37,210 bases of DNA, from the NCBI GenBank assembly GCA_013239625.1, contig MU053561.1, positions 4,527,992 to 4,565,201 of the forward strand. The letters run 5' to 3'. The notes under the pieces are model-generated. The model ran no database searches. It had not been told where the DNA came from and saw only the letters and a program-made list of their open reading frames with translations. This stretch comes from Lama guanicoe. Taxonomy: Eukaryota. Positions 22,771 to 34,788 of this stretch are shown here, piece by piece; position 1 is the stretch's first letter, and every line of letters starts with the position of its first letter. The position numbers and the translations under genes are program-made.

Positions 22771-23614
22771 TCCCTAGTAGGTGCAAAGTATTTGATGTTA
22801 TTAGAATGTAGCGTGTGAGCACGGCAAGTGGTAGGAGTCATAGCTGGAATCAGAGGGTGAAAGATCTCCTATGTTATGTTAAGGAGTATGGACTTTATCT
22901 TGTTGCTGGTACACCATGAAATATTTACACATTTAATTTTACCATTTAAACCAGAAACTATTTAGAGCAAAATCATGACCATTTTTGTGTATGTCCTATA
23001 AAAACAGATGTGCGTGTGCCTATGGGTTTTTAAAAAAGCTTGAAACACTTCATGATTAGCTTGTTCCAATTTTTTCATTAATATTTGTTGGCCATGTATT
23101 TATTTGTTTTGCCATTTTGTTAGTATTAACCATCACCAGAAATAGTAGCAGGGGTCAAATGTTTAAGATATATTTGTGGAGAAAAACTTAATATTGAAGA
23201 AATTATGGCCACTAATTTAACTTATTTCTGGAAACTGGGTGGTGGGGGGTATAGATTATTCAGTTTTAATAGCAGAACCTTGGTCAGTTCTTGAAAGCAC
23301 ATGGCTCTTTAAAGATATGTTTTGATAATCACCTTGGTAGATTATGGCGCACCACTAAGAGATTTAACTGATTTGTGACTTGACCGTGTCTAAGTTTTAG
23401 AAATAGCACTCAGGCAACAGTATTGAAAGGGGGTTGATATCGGAGGAAGGTAGGCCAGAGAGGAGGCTACTTATGGTAGATTTAGATGAAGAATGATAGG
23501 GCATAAATTAAGGTTTTTTGTACTGGGGATAGAAATGAAGAGAGACATTCAGGAGGATAGATTGGTGAGAATATGTACTGAGACCCATGCACATATAATG
23601 TTTAAATAAATTGT

Positions 23615-23810
23615 GACAGTAATGTCATAGCCATTATTGGGCACTTACTTTGTACAAGACACTTTACATATTATTTCATTTGATCCTTCCAGTAACTCTA
23701 CTGCTGAGTCTTATTCCCTTGTTCAAGGTTAAGGCTGGATTGGTTAGGAGTACAAGGCCGTACTACAGAGTAAGTTGCAGAGAATTTAAATCTAGGTGTC
23801 TGGCTTTGGG
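23615..23810 (-). mobile_element. MIR SINE
   Basis: tattgggcacttactttgtac..tttacatattatttcatttgatcct..aatttaaatctaggtgtctggct. Confidence 0.65.
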
Positions 23811-23932
23811 TTTCTGAAAAGTTTCAATGCTTGAAGTTGATCTAGTAGTAGACTATTCTCTGTAGAGACTGGTGTCCTAATATTCTTTCTCTAAATCTGT
23901 GCTTTATACCAAAGTGGACTTTAAGGTCTCTA

Positions 23933-24115
23933 GAACAGAGACTTTCCAGAAATTTTTGACCACACTTCACCATGATAAATACATTTGCAATCCGTTACAT
24001 ACACACACATCTGAAATGAACATTTCTGAAGCAATACTTTCCCTTGTTTATAGGCAGTATATTCTCATTTTTTTCTATTTCACACTAATGCTATTTCATT
24101 AAAAACATTTTATGA
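23933..24115. mobile_element. hAT-Charlie terminal fragment (MER119/Charlie7-like; subfamily uncertain)
   Basis: cagagactttcc..tttttgaccacac..ccatgataaatacattt..acacacac resembles the reverse complement of the Charlie end at 11915-11985. Confidence 0.5.
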
Positions 24116-25580
24116 CTTCCTCTTCTAGTTAGGATGTAGAAGGACTTGAAAAACATTTATTCCCATACTAGCAAGAAAATCCTGGACAAAATTAAAGGAT
24201 ATTTCTAGGGGGCTATTGAATAGCAGTGGACACAAGGAAACTTTGATGAACTGAATTCCAAAATGACTTACTTTATAAGTGAGTGGAGAGTCACAGGACC
24301 TTTTGTACCTGGAGGGCAAGCACATGGTCTGGGTACAAGGAGCCCTGACATAGATGGTGAGGCTTTATAGAGGCAAAGGGAAATCTGCCAAGCCTTAGTT
24401 AACAGTATGGACTGTTGGAATTGGAATGTAGGTTGGAATCTGGAAGAATCCCAAATGTGAAAATAAACAAGTTAGACCAACAATTATCTGCTGTATTCTT
24501 GTCTTCAGACGTTTACTAAGGAAGCAGCATTGCAGGAGGATTTGGGAGACAAAAAGAAATTGTGCAGTCTCATGTATTTGTGCAGTGATGTTCTACCAGG
24601 GTTGAATCAAAAGGTGAACCAGAAATATCTGAAACTGTAACTAGAGGCAGAGCGAGAGGGGAATGAATTTGATTAAAAAAAAAAAAAACCCCACAAAAAA
24701 CCCCCAACCAATTCAAGATCTACAGACCAAAAGAAAGATAAATATAAATAAAACCACACTTAGGCTTATTATAGTCAAACTGCTGAAACATAAAGATAAA
24801 GAGTAAATCTTAAAAGCAGCTGGAGAATAAAAGCTACATAATGTACAGGGGAACTAACTTAAGAATGGCTGCACCAAGCCATGGAAGCAACCAAAGTGTC
24901 CATCAACTGATGAATGGATAAACAAGATGTGGTATTAATATACAATGAAATATTACTCAGCTATAAAAAAGAATAAAATATTGCCATTTTCAGCAACATA
25001 GGTGGACCTAGAGATGATCATACTAAGTGAAGTAAGACAGAGAAAGACAAATATATGATATCACTTATATGCAGCATCTTAAAAAAAATACAAATCACCT
25101 TTTTATACAAGACAGAAACAGACTCACAGACACAGAAAACAAATATATGGTGACCAAAGGGGAAATAGTAGGGGGGAGTAATAAATTAGGAGTATGGGAT
25201 TAAAAGATACACACCATTATATATAAAATAAACAAGGATTTACTGTATAGCACAGGGAACTATAATCAATATCTTGTAATAATCTACAATGGAAAGGAAT
25301 CTGGAGCTGTACACCTAAAACTAACACAATATTGTAAACCAACAATAGTTAAATTTTTAAAAAGATGGCTGCAAATTTCTCATTAGAAACAAGGCAAATG
25401 GCAAATCAAAAGAATGACAGTCTTAAAGTAATCTAAGAAAAATACCATCAACCTAGAATTCTGTATCCAACAAGATTATCCTTCAAAAATGAAGGTGAAA
25501 TAAAGTTATTTTAGATTAAAAAAAGAGAAGGAAATTTGTTGGCCACAGATCTGCACTACAAGAAATATTAAAGGAAGTAC
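24115..25580 (+). mobile_element. Old L1M 5' region and ORF1 remnant, interrupted by a younger L1
   Basis: ORF1 remnants IIVKLLK.KDKE.ILKAA (24760-24830) and QPRILYP..LSFKNEGEIK, ALQEILKEV (25450-25580). Confidence 0.8.
24874..25361 (+). mobile_element. Cetartiodactyl-type L1 3' end inserted into the older L1 ORF1
   Basis: atggaagcaaccaaagtgtccatc, acagactcacagac, tactgtatagcacagggaacta; TSD aagaatggctgca (24861-24873) / aagatggctgca (25362-25373). Confidence 0.9.
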
Positions 25581-25599
25581 ACAGAAAGCAGTGATTAAC

Positions 25600-25725
25600 C
25601 AGAATTTACAGATGAGAAAACTGAAACCCAGAAAGGTAAAGTGACTTTCCTAAGGTCACACAGCTAATAAGTTGCAGGATTAAGACTAAACTCCCATTTC
25701 TTCTGATTTCTAGTCCAGTGCTCTT
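25600..25725 (-). mobile_element. MIR SINE 5' half
   Basis: tttacagatgagaaaactga..aagtgactttcctaaggtcacacagcta..tccagtgctcttt. Confidence 0.85.
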
Positions 25726-25734
25726 TGTTTGGGG

Positions 25735-25960
25735 AACAGTATAACATATTGAAGGGGGAAAAGCAAGTGACTTTGGAGTGGTTAGATTTTGGTCTGAATC
25801 CCAGCTCCTCCAGATGTTAGGACCTTGGACTATTGAGAAAGTCTCTCATCCCCATTTTTCAGATGGAGAATGTGCACAGAGAGATTAATATCTACTTCAT
25901 ATGGTTGAGAGGAGGACTATAATGTTTGTTAGAGGACCTTGCACCCTGTGAGCAAAAAAT
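25735..25960 (+). mobile_element. MIR SINE (head-to-head with the previous copy)
   Basis: gactttggagt..tgaatcccagctc..gaccttgga..atctacttcatatggttg. Confidence 0.55.
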
Positions 25961-27049
25961 GAATATTCTTTCCCCCTCTTTCTACTGTGATGCCCTTTTT
26001 TAATCAACAGAGGGTTTGGGGTGTGGGGGGGGGGGAGGCAGTCATCCTTCCCAGAGATTTTATCCTTAGTCTTACCTCTTTCCTGAAGTAAGCCACCCTT
26101 ATGACACTAATTGTGATTCTGTTTCTATTTGGCTATGTGCCTTCTAGTATTTGAGTAGTTGGAATCCTTTTGGCCCCCATTTTCTTCAGATAGCAACAGT
26201 CATTCTATCATTACACATAAAACTGGCATTTTTAAAAAGGAGGGGAAAAAACTGGCATTTAAAAAAATAGGCATCTACACCCAAGACCCTTATTTTCCTA
26301 GGACAAAGGAAGAGCGAAGAGCTTAAGGTAAATCTGCAGTGAATAGTACAGTATTCTTTGAGGCTAAAAGCATTTATGAGGAAGAAATATCAGATTACTT
26401 AGATGTCTAAGAATATGGTTGTACGACAGGTTGTTTAGATTTCCTGTTCAAAATCTGTTGCTCAGAGAAAAGGAATACTGGTTCTATAGAATTTAGGCTT
26501 GAATAAAAGTGATTTTTGTCTAGAAAAATTAACATATCCTAATCCAGCATAACATTCACTGTTTCCAGAAGTTTTGAAATTCATTACAAATATGAACCCT
26601 TGTTAAGTCCAAATCTTCCTTCGCATCCAAATAGTAAGCCTTATGTGAAAATTGAATAGATTATTTTACTGAAAGTTAGTCAAGTTGTCCCCAAAGTGAA
26701 ATTCACTGTTTGGACTTTGCTTACTGTGGTCACAAGTTTGTTAACACTATTTAATTAAATGATTGTCACTTCATTATTAAGGATACAGAAGACCAGTAGC
26801 ACCTGCTTTGAGGGGCACTAACTTCAATAAAGGAGACCTTTTATTTTTAAATTTGATATTGGCAGTGTTTTCCCTTAAAGCACTCAGATTCAGGAAATTA
26901 AATCCTGTTGGCTTTTTCTTTCTTTTTTCTCTTTTTTTGGCATGGGAAACAATTAGACAGCTCAGTGTCTCTGCCTCTGGCAGAGGAAAAACAAGTTGAA
27001 ATAAACTGAACTGTCAAGTTTTTAACAATAGCTGTGATATAGAAGAAAC

Positions 27050-27200
27050 CCTTGGGCTTTGTAACCTGGGCAGTTCATTTATCTTCTATAAGCATAAGTA
27101 TCCTCACCAATAAAAATGTATGCAATCGTATATCATATAGTAATAATCAAGGTTGTTATGTGGATGAAAAGAGATAGATGAACTGAAACTGCATTGTAAC
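27050..27200 (+). mobile_element. Degenerate MIR
   Basis: gtaacctgggcagttcattt..cctcaccaataaaaatg..ggttgttatgtggatgaaa. Confidence 0.5.
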
Positions 27201-27868
27201 TTTGATTAGGATTGTGATGAATCTACAGATGAATTTGAGAGAATTTGATATCTTAACAAATTGAATCTTTTAGTTCATTAATGTGATATATCTCTTTGTT
27301 TAATTATTCTTTAATTTTTTTCTCACCAGTATCTTTTAGGTGTACAAGTCTTGTATTCCTATTTCCTGTTTTTTTATGCTACTTTAACTGTTATTTTAAA
27401 TTTCATCTTCCAATAATTTATTCTCAGGATATATAAGTACAATTGATTCTTATATATTGTCTATGTATCCTGAGACCTTGCTGAATTCTCTAATGAATTC
27501 TAGCAGTTTGTAATTGTAGATTTCTTGCGATTAACTAAATATATAGTCATGTTGTTTGCAAAAAAAAAAAAAAAACCCTTTTACTTCTTTTCCAATCTGA
27601 ATGCCTTTTATTTAACTTTCCTTGCTTAGGCCGTTGATTATGACTTCTCATACAGTGTTGAATAAAAGTGGGAAAAGAAGACATCCTTGCCTTTTTTCCC
27701 AATCTTAAGAGAAAGGTGTTCGATCTTTTACCACCTGGTAGGATATTTCCAGTTTTTTCGTAGATATCCTTTATGAGATTGTGGAAATTTAATTTCTAAT
27801 TTGCTGAAGGGTTTTTCTTTACAGTTATAAGTGGTCATGAATTTTTTTCAAATGCTTTTTCTGCATCT
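27200..27868 (-). mobile_element. Old L1M ORF2 (RT region) fragment
   Basis: Antisense ORF2 motifs acagtgttgaataaaagtgg, gacatccttgcctt, tcaaatgctttttctgcatct (DAEKAF). Confidence 0.85.
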
Positions 27869-27869
27869 G

Positions 27870-30800
27870 TTTTTTGAGGTAGAGTTGATTTACAATATGA
27901 TATTAATTTCGTATGTACAGCATAGTGATTCAGAATTTTTATAGATTACATTCCATTTATAATATATAATATTAAATATATATTTTATATTATATATAAA
28001 ATATTGCCTATATTCCTTATACTGTACAAAATATCTTGTAGCTTATTTATTTTATATATAGTAGTTTGTACCTCTTAAACTCCATCTGTATCTTGCCCTT
28101 CTCCTCCTCCCTCTCCCTAGCTGTAACCACTAGTTTCATCCCTATATATGTGTGTCTGTTTCTTTTTTGTGATATTCACTAGTTTGTTTTAGATTACAGA
28201 TGTAAGTGATAATATACAGCATTTGCCTCTCACTCTCTTATTTCACTGAGCATAGTACCCTCCAGGTCCATCCTTGTTGCTGCAGATGGCAAAATTTCAC
28301 TCTTTTATGACTGAATAGTATTCCATTGCATATGTATTACCACATCCTCCTCTTTATCCGTTCATCTGTTGATGGACACTTCAGTTGCTTCCATATCTTG
28401 GCTGTAGTAAATAAAACTGCTATGAGCATTGAGGTATATGAATCTTTTCAAATTAGTGTTTTTGTTTTTTCCAGATGTATACCCAGGAGTGGAAATGCTG
28501 AATCATACGGGAGTTCTATTTTCAGTTTTTTGAGAAACCTCCACACAGTTTTCCACAGTGACTCCCCAATTTCCATTCCCATCAACAGTGTACAAGGGTT
28601 CCCTTTTCTCCACATCCTCACCAATGTTTATTATTTGTGGTCTTTTTGTTGATAGCCATTCTGACATGTGTGAGGTAGTATCTGATTGTGTTTTATTTTG
28701 CATTTCTCTAATGATTAATGATGTTGAGCATCTTTTCATGTGCCTGTTGGCCATCGATATGTCTTCTTTGGAAAGTAGGCTATACAGGTCATTGGCTCAT
28801 TTTTAATTGAGTTGTTTCATTTCTTGATGTTGAGTTATATAAGCTGTTTATATATTTTGAATATTAACCCCTTATTGGTCATATCTTTTGCAGTTATTTT
28901 CTCCTGTTCAGAATGTTGTCTTTTTGTTTTGTCACTAGTTTCCTTTGCTGTGCAAAAGCTTTTAAGATTAATTAGGTCCCATTTGTTTATTTTTGCTTTT
29001 GTTTCCTTTGCCTTAGGAGACAGAGTCAGAAAAATATTGCTATGATTTATGTCAAAAGTGTTCTGCCTGTGTTTTCTCCTAGGTCTTCTTATGGTTTCTG
29101 GTCTTAGATCTAGGTCTTTAATCCATTTTGAGTTATTTTCTTTTTTTAATATTTTGATGTAAATTTTCATTTTATTTCTTTTTTTTGTATTTTTTTATTG
29201 AAGGATGGTTGACTTACCATGTTGTGTTAGTTTCTGGTGTACAGCATAGTGATTCAGTTACACATAATATATTCTTTTTCATTATAGGTTATTACAGGCT
29301 ATTGAATATAGTTCCCTGTGCTGTCCAGTTAAGACCTTGTTGTTTATCTATTTTGTATAAAGTAGTTTGTATCTGCTGTTCCCAAACTCATAGTTTATCC
29401 CTCCACATTCTGAGTTTTTTTTTATATATGGTAGAAAATGTTCTAATTTCATACTTTTACATATAGCTCTCCAGTCTTCCCAGCACTGCTTATTGAAAAG
29501 ACTGTCTTTTCTCCATTGTGTATTCTTGCCTCCTTTGTTGTACATTAATTGACCATAGATGTGTGGCTTATTTCTGGGCTGTCTATTCTGTTCCATTGAT
29601 ATGTATCTATTTTTGTGCCAGTACCATATTTGATTGCCATAACTTTGAAATATAGTCTGAAGTCATGGATCATGATACCTTCAGATCTGTTCTTCTTTCT
29701 CAAGATTATTTTGGCTATTCTGGGTATTTTATGTTTCTATACAAATTTTAAATTTTTCTAAAATTATTTGTTCTGGTTCTATGAGAAATGCCATTGGTAA
29801 TTTGCGTTGAATCTGTAGATTGCCTTGGGTAGCATGGTCAATTTTAATAGTAATAATTCTTCCTATCCATGAATACAATGTATCTTTTCATCTGTTTCTG
29901 TTAATTCATTTTCTTTCATCAGTGTCTTACAGTTTTCAGAGTACAGGTCTTTTACCTCCTTAGATAGGTTTTTTTCCTAGGTATTTTATTCTTTTTGATG
30001 TGATTGTAAATGGAATTGTTTCCTTAATTTCTCTTTCTGATAGTTTGTTGTTTGTTTATAGAAATGCAACAGATTTCTGTATATTAGTTCTGTATCCTAC
30101 AATTTTACCGAATTCATTCATAAGCTCTGTCGTGTCATCATCAAACAGTGACAGTTTTACCTCCTCCTTTCCAATATGGGTTCTTTTATTTCCTTTTCTT
30201 GTCTAATGGCTAATACTTCCAATACTGTGTTGAATAAAAGTGGCAATAATGGACACTTTTGTTCCTGATCTAAGAAGAAATGCTTTAAGCTTTTCATCAT
30301 TGAGTATGCTGTTAGCTATGGGCTTATCATATGTGGCCTTTGTTATATTGAACTATGTTCCTTTCTAAACCCACTTTCTGGAGACTTTTAAAAAAATAAA
30401 TGGATGTTGAATTCTGTCAAAGCTTTTTCTGCATCTATTGAGGTGATCATGTGGTTTTTATTCTTCAATTTGTTAATGTGGTGTATCACATTGATTTTCG
30501 GATATTGAACCATCCTTACATCCCTGGGCTAAATCCCACTTGATCATAGTGTCTAATTCTTTTAATGTATTGTTGAATTCTGTTTGCTAATATTTTGTTG
30601 AGGATTTTTGCATCCATATTCATCAGTGATGTTGGCTTGTAATTTTCTTTTTGTATGATAGTTTTTGTTTTGGTATCAGGGTGATGCTGGCTTCATAGAA
30701 TGAGTTTGGAAATGTTCTTTCCTCTGCAATTTTTGGGAATAGTTTAAGAAAGATAGGTGTTGACTCCTCTGTAAATTTTTGGTAGAATTTACCTGTGAAG

Positions 30801-32260
30801 CCATCTGGTACTGTACTTTTGTTTGTTGGGAGGTTATTTTTAAATCTCTTATTCAATTTCATTACTGTTTTTTTAATCTGTACTTTTCTGTTTTCTCCTG
30901 GTTCAGTCTTGGGAGGTTGTACATTTCTAGGAATTTATCCATTTCTTCCATGTTGCTCATTTTATTGGCATATAGTTGTTTGTAGTAATCTTTTATGAAC
31001 ATTTGTGTTTCTGTGGTGCCAGATGTAACTTCTCCTTTTCCATTTCTGATTTTATTGATTTGGGCCCTCTCTTTTTTTCTTGATGAATCTGGCTAAAGTT
31101 TCATCAGTTTTGTTTTATCTTTTTAAAGAACCAGCTCTTATTTTCATTGATCTTTTCTATTGTTTTTTTAGTTTCTATTTCATTTATTTCTGCTCTGATC
31201 TTTATGGTTTCTTTCCTTCTACTAACTTTGGGTTTTGTTTGTTCTTCTTTGCCTAGTTCCTTTCGGAGTAACATTAGGTTTTTTGTTTGAGATTTTTGTT
31301 TCTTGAGGTAGGCTTGTATCATTATAAATTCCCCATAGCTTTTGCATTGTATTTTCATTTACATTTGTCTCTATAGGTTTTAAATTCCTTGTTTGATTTC
31401 CTCATTCAGCCATTGGTTGTGTAGCATGTTGCTTAGCTTCCACATGTTTGTGTTTTTTGCAGTTTTTTTCTTGTAGTTGATTTCCAATCTCATAGCATTG
31501 TGGTCAGAAAAAATGCTTGACATGATTTGAATTTTCTTAAAATTACCACAGCTTGTTTTGTGGCCTAGTGTTTTAGGGATCCTTCTGTTGTGGCAAGCTG
31601 GCTACTGTGGGCAGTCTTGTAGGCATGGCTGGCCCCCAGATGGTTGCTTGTCAAGCCCTGCTTTTTAGGAGGCTACTGGCTGCTGTTTGGCAGGGCCGAG
31701 TCGTGAGTCATTTGGGGTCCCCAGGGCTAGTGCTGGCTCACAAGTGGATGGAATCAGGGTCTAGGAGATCCTGAGGCCGATGCCCACCCACCAGTGGCTG
31801 AAGCCACATCTTGGGACTAGTGCTGGCCCACCAGCAGGCAAAGCTTAGTCGTGGGGCCTGGCTGCAGAACCTAGGTGTTCCAGAGCTGGTGTTGGACCAC
31901 TGGTGGGCCAGACCTTTTCCTGACACTGTTGCCTGTGGGGTCCAGGGTGTCCCAAAGCTTGTGTTAGCTTGCTGGTGAACAGGGCCATTCTCTAGCCTGT
32001 CCCAAGGCTGGTGCTGGCCTGCTGGTGGATAGACCGGGTCCTGCCATACCAGGCTGCAGGACTGCAGTTGTCCTGGGGCTAGTGTCTGCCCGCTGGTGGA
32101 TGAGGCAGGTCTAAACTAGAGCAGGCATGCTGGTGGACAGAGCTGAGACCCAGAGGGTTCTGGGCCTGGTGCCTGTTCATTGGTGGCGAAACTGGATTCC
32201 TGGGTATCTGTCTACAGGCCCCTGGTAGTGAGTGGGGCTGTGTCCCTGCCCAGTTGCCCC
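27870..32260 (-). mobile_element. Cetartiodactyl-type L1: 3' UTR, most of ORF2 (disrupted), internal deletion, GC-rich 5' region
   Basis: Minus ORFs give ORF2 peptides [88 protein letters not shown]; poly-T start at ~27870; abrupt switch to GC-rich sequence at ~31570. Confidence 0.93.
29140..29405 (-). mobile_element. L1 3' end nested inside the L1 ORF2
   Basis: T-rich tail, then gtgtacagcatagtgattcag, tatagttccctgtgct; TSD cattttgagttatttt (29124-29139) / cattctgagttttttt (29406-29421). Confidence 0.85.
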
Positions 32261-32420
32261 ACATTAAACAATGTAAAGGACTATTATGAATAAATTTATG
32301 CTAGTAAATATGACAACTTAAATGGACAAATTTCTTGAAAGATAAAGTTATGAAAACTGACACAAGAAGATATAGGAATTCTGAGTGTCTCTATATTTAC
32401 TTAAAAGTTAATTTAAAAGA
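32261..32420 (+). mobile_element. Inverted (sense) fragment of old L1 ORF2
   Basis: tattatgaataaatttatgctagtaaatatgacaactta..atggacaaatttcttgaa..aaactgacacaagaag corresponds to YYEQLYANK.DNL..MDKFLE..KLTQE. Confidence 0.8.
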
Positions 32421-32776
32421 TTTTTTAAATTTTGATTAAAAACTGGGGGTCTTGTGCCAGGAAGACAAGTCCCCAGAATGTTTGTCGTTGAAGGCCAGTG
32501 GGGCTCACTTTCCAGAGGTTTTGGGATCTGCATTGATGCCCTCTTTTTTGTTCCTGATATTGTTAACTTGTGCTTTTTCTTTCTTTTTATTTGTTCAGTC
32601 TACCTAGAGATTTTTCAGTTTATTGCTTTTTTTCAAATAACTTTTTTGTTTCATTGATTTTTCTGTTCATCTGCCACTATTTCATCAATATTCACTCTTT
32701 ATTATTTCCTTCTTCTGCTTGCTTTGGATTTGTTTTTTTCCTTCTTAGGGAGAATCTTTAATCATTTACTTTTCAG

Positions 32777-32873
32777 ATAGTAAGTGGAATGATGACACTC
32801 AAATTTCACTGCAGGGTTTAGAAAAATACAATATTGAAAAGGATGCTACATTTTGTGCCAGACTGGCAGTCAA
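32777..32873 (+). other. Exon-like 97-nt open segment within a non-L1 insert
   Basis: Acceptor tcatttacttttcag|, open frame SKWNDDTQISLQGLEKYNIEKDATFCARLAV, donor AA|gtaatt. Confidence 0.35.
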
Positions 32874-34254
32874 GTAATTCAAACAATCTTAAGCTAGAAC
32901 GTTTAATCTGAAGAGAAATATAGAATAATAATTTGAAACTTAATGGGATAAAATGTGTTCCAAATTAAAACACTAAGATAATATCCTCATTCATTGTTTT
33001 TAAACTTTTTTTTAATATAGGCATTTGTTTCATTTTGGGATTTTCCAGATATCTGTTGGTTTAGAGCGGATTTCTTAATCAGTTCCATTGTGGGTTAGAA
33101 AACATTCTCTGAATGATTTCAGTCCTTTTAAATTTATCAGCTCTTATTTTATGGCCCAACATATGGTCTGTTGGTAAATTTTCCATGTATACTTGAATTC
33201 TATTGTTGCTGGAAGTAGTGTTCCTAAATGTCACTTAAGTCAAGTTGATTGATAGTAGTATTCAAGTCTTATTTACTGATTTTCTGTCTATTTTTCTGTC
33301 AATTACTGTTATGAAGAATAATGAAGTCCTCACTAAAATTGTAGATTTGTCCATTTGTCTGTTTAGTTCTGACAGTTTTTGCTTCTTGCACTTTGAAATT
33401 CTTTTAGGTACATGAACATTTAGGATTGTTAGAGCTTTTTGACGAATTGACTCTGTTGCCTATTTGATATGTCCCTCTTTATTTATGTTAGTATTTCTTG
33501 CCCAGGAGTCTGATATTAATATAGCCAGCCAATACAGTGTTCTTATGACAGAGTTTACTTCCGTGTGTGTATCTCTTTAACCAGATCTATGTCCTTATGT
33601 TTGAAGTGCAATTTTTATAGAAGCATAGAATTAGGTCTTGTTTTTTTTTTTTATCAAGTTTGATAATCTTTGCGTTTTATTTAAAGCTTTGCTTATTTAC
33701 ATTTCACATAAGTATTGATATGGTCAAGTTTAAGTGTACCATCTTGCTATTCATTTTGTTTGTCTCATGTATTTTTTTGGTAGTTGTTGTTCTTGTATTT
33801 CTTCCTCTTCTCACTCCCCTATCTTGTTCTGCACTGAATACTTTTTAGAATTCCATTTGATCTTTTTTATTAACTATTGGCTGTTGCTCTTTTTTTCTTT
33901 CAGTGGTTATTTTAGGTTTACAACATAGAACTTCAGTCTATCCTCTTCAAATAATGCACCACTTCATATATAAAGTAAGAAACTTACAGTGCTGTACTTC
34001 CATTTTTTCCCCCTCCCTTGTGCTCTTGTTTTGTATTTTACTTCCACATTGTTTTAAATTCCACGATGCATTATTATATTTACTTTAAATAGTCAGTCAT
34101 TTTGTAAAGAGACTAATAATGAGAAAAATAAATATTTTTTATTTACCCATGTGTAGCATTTTTGATTCTCATCATTCCTTTGTTTATAGCCACATTTCCA
34201 TCTGGTATCATTTTTCTTTAACTTGGGTAACTTTAACATTTCTTATGGAGTAAG

Positions 34255-34788
34255 CCGGGCCAGTGTCATGGACATATGAGCAGTGTCGTTGCACAGGGTC
34301 CTGCACTTACAGGGGTCGTGTGGTGTTTTATACTCTGAGGTAGCCATCTTGAAATTCTGATAATTTTATCTTTGAATTTGGGTTTTACATTCTCTTGGCT
34401 GGTTCCTATGTCTGAAGGGACCCTCTCTTCCTCCTGCCAACCTTCCTGAATCTGGCTATATTTGCCTCTTGTGGCCAGCTCAAGGCATCATTCAAGATAG
34501 ACCATGAAATAGGAATTGTGTACTTTCAGTACTTCTACATATAAGTTAAAACAATGCTCTGATATTTTCCTTTAAAATGACATCATACAATATATAGATG
34601 AATGGCAAAACTCATGCTAATAATTTAAATCTTTAATTTTTTACATAAAACATTAAAATTAAAGCCACCATGACGAGTTGAAAGGGAGACTGCAAAAAAA
34701 AGGAAAAAGCTTCATTTACTTCATTTTGAACAAGGGGCCCCACATTTTCAATTTGCTCTGGGACCCACAAATTATGTCACTAGCCCTG
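34255..34788 (+). mobile_element. MER45-family hAT-Tip100 element inserted in L1
   Basis: ccgggccagtgtcatgg..gcacagggtcc..catcttgaaattc start; ttttgaacaaggggccccacattttc..gggacccacaaattatgt..gccctg end; L1 sequence resumes at 34789. Confidence 0.88.

Noticed and set aside
26219..26266. Direct repeat aaaactggcattt x2
   Set aside because: Simple local duplication between A/T runs with no inserted element
28326..31358. Multiple 60-111 aa ORFs
   Set aside because: Fragments of disrupted L1 ORF2 or its antisense; no intact reverse transcriptase
31720..32210. CRISPR-like repeat-spacer array
   Set aside because: Mammalian DNA, degenerate repeats, irregular spacing, no cas genes; explained by an L1 5' region
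32818..32844. DYNLL1/2 pseudogene suggested by the peptide LEKYNIEKD
   Set aside because: Similarity is confined to about nine residues, flanking residues do not match dynein light chain, and a chance match of this length is plausible; BLAST would settle it
32788..32911. Box C/D snoRNA (ATGATGA ... CTGA)
   Set aside because: No terminal stem, no evident C'/D' boxes or recognisable rRNA guide
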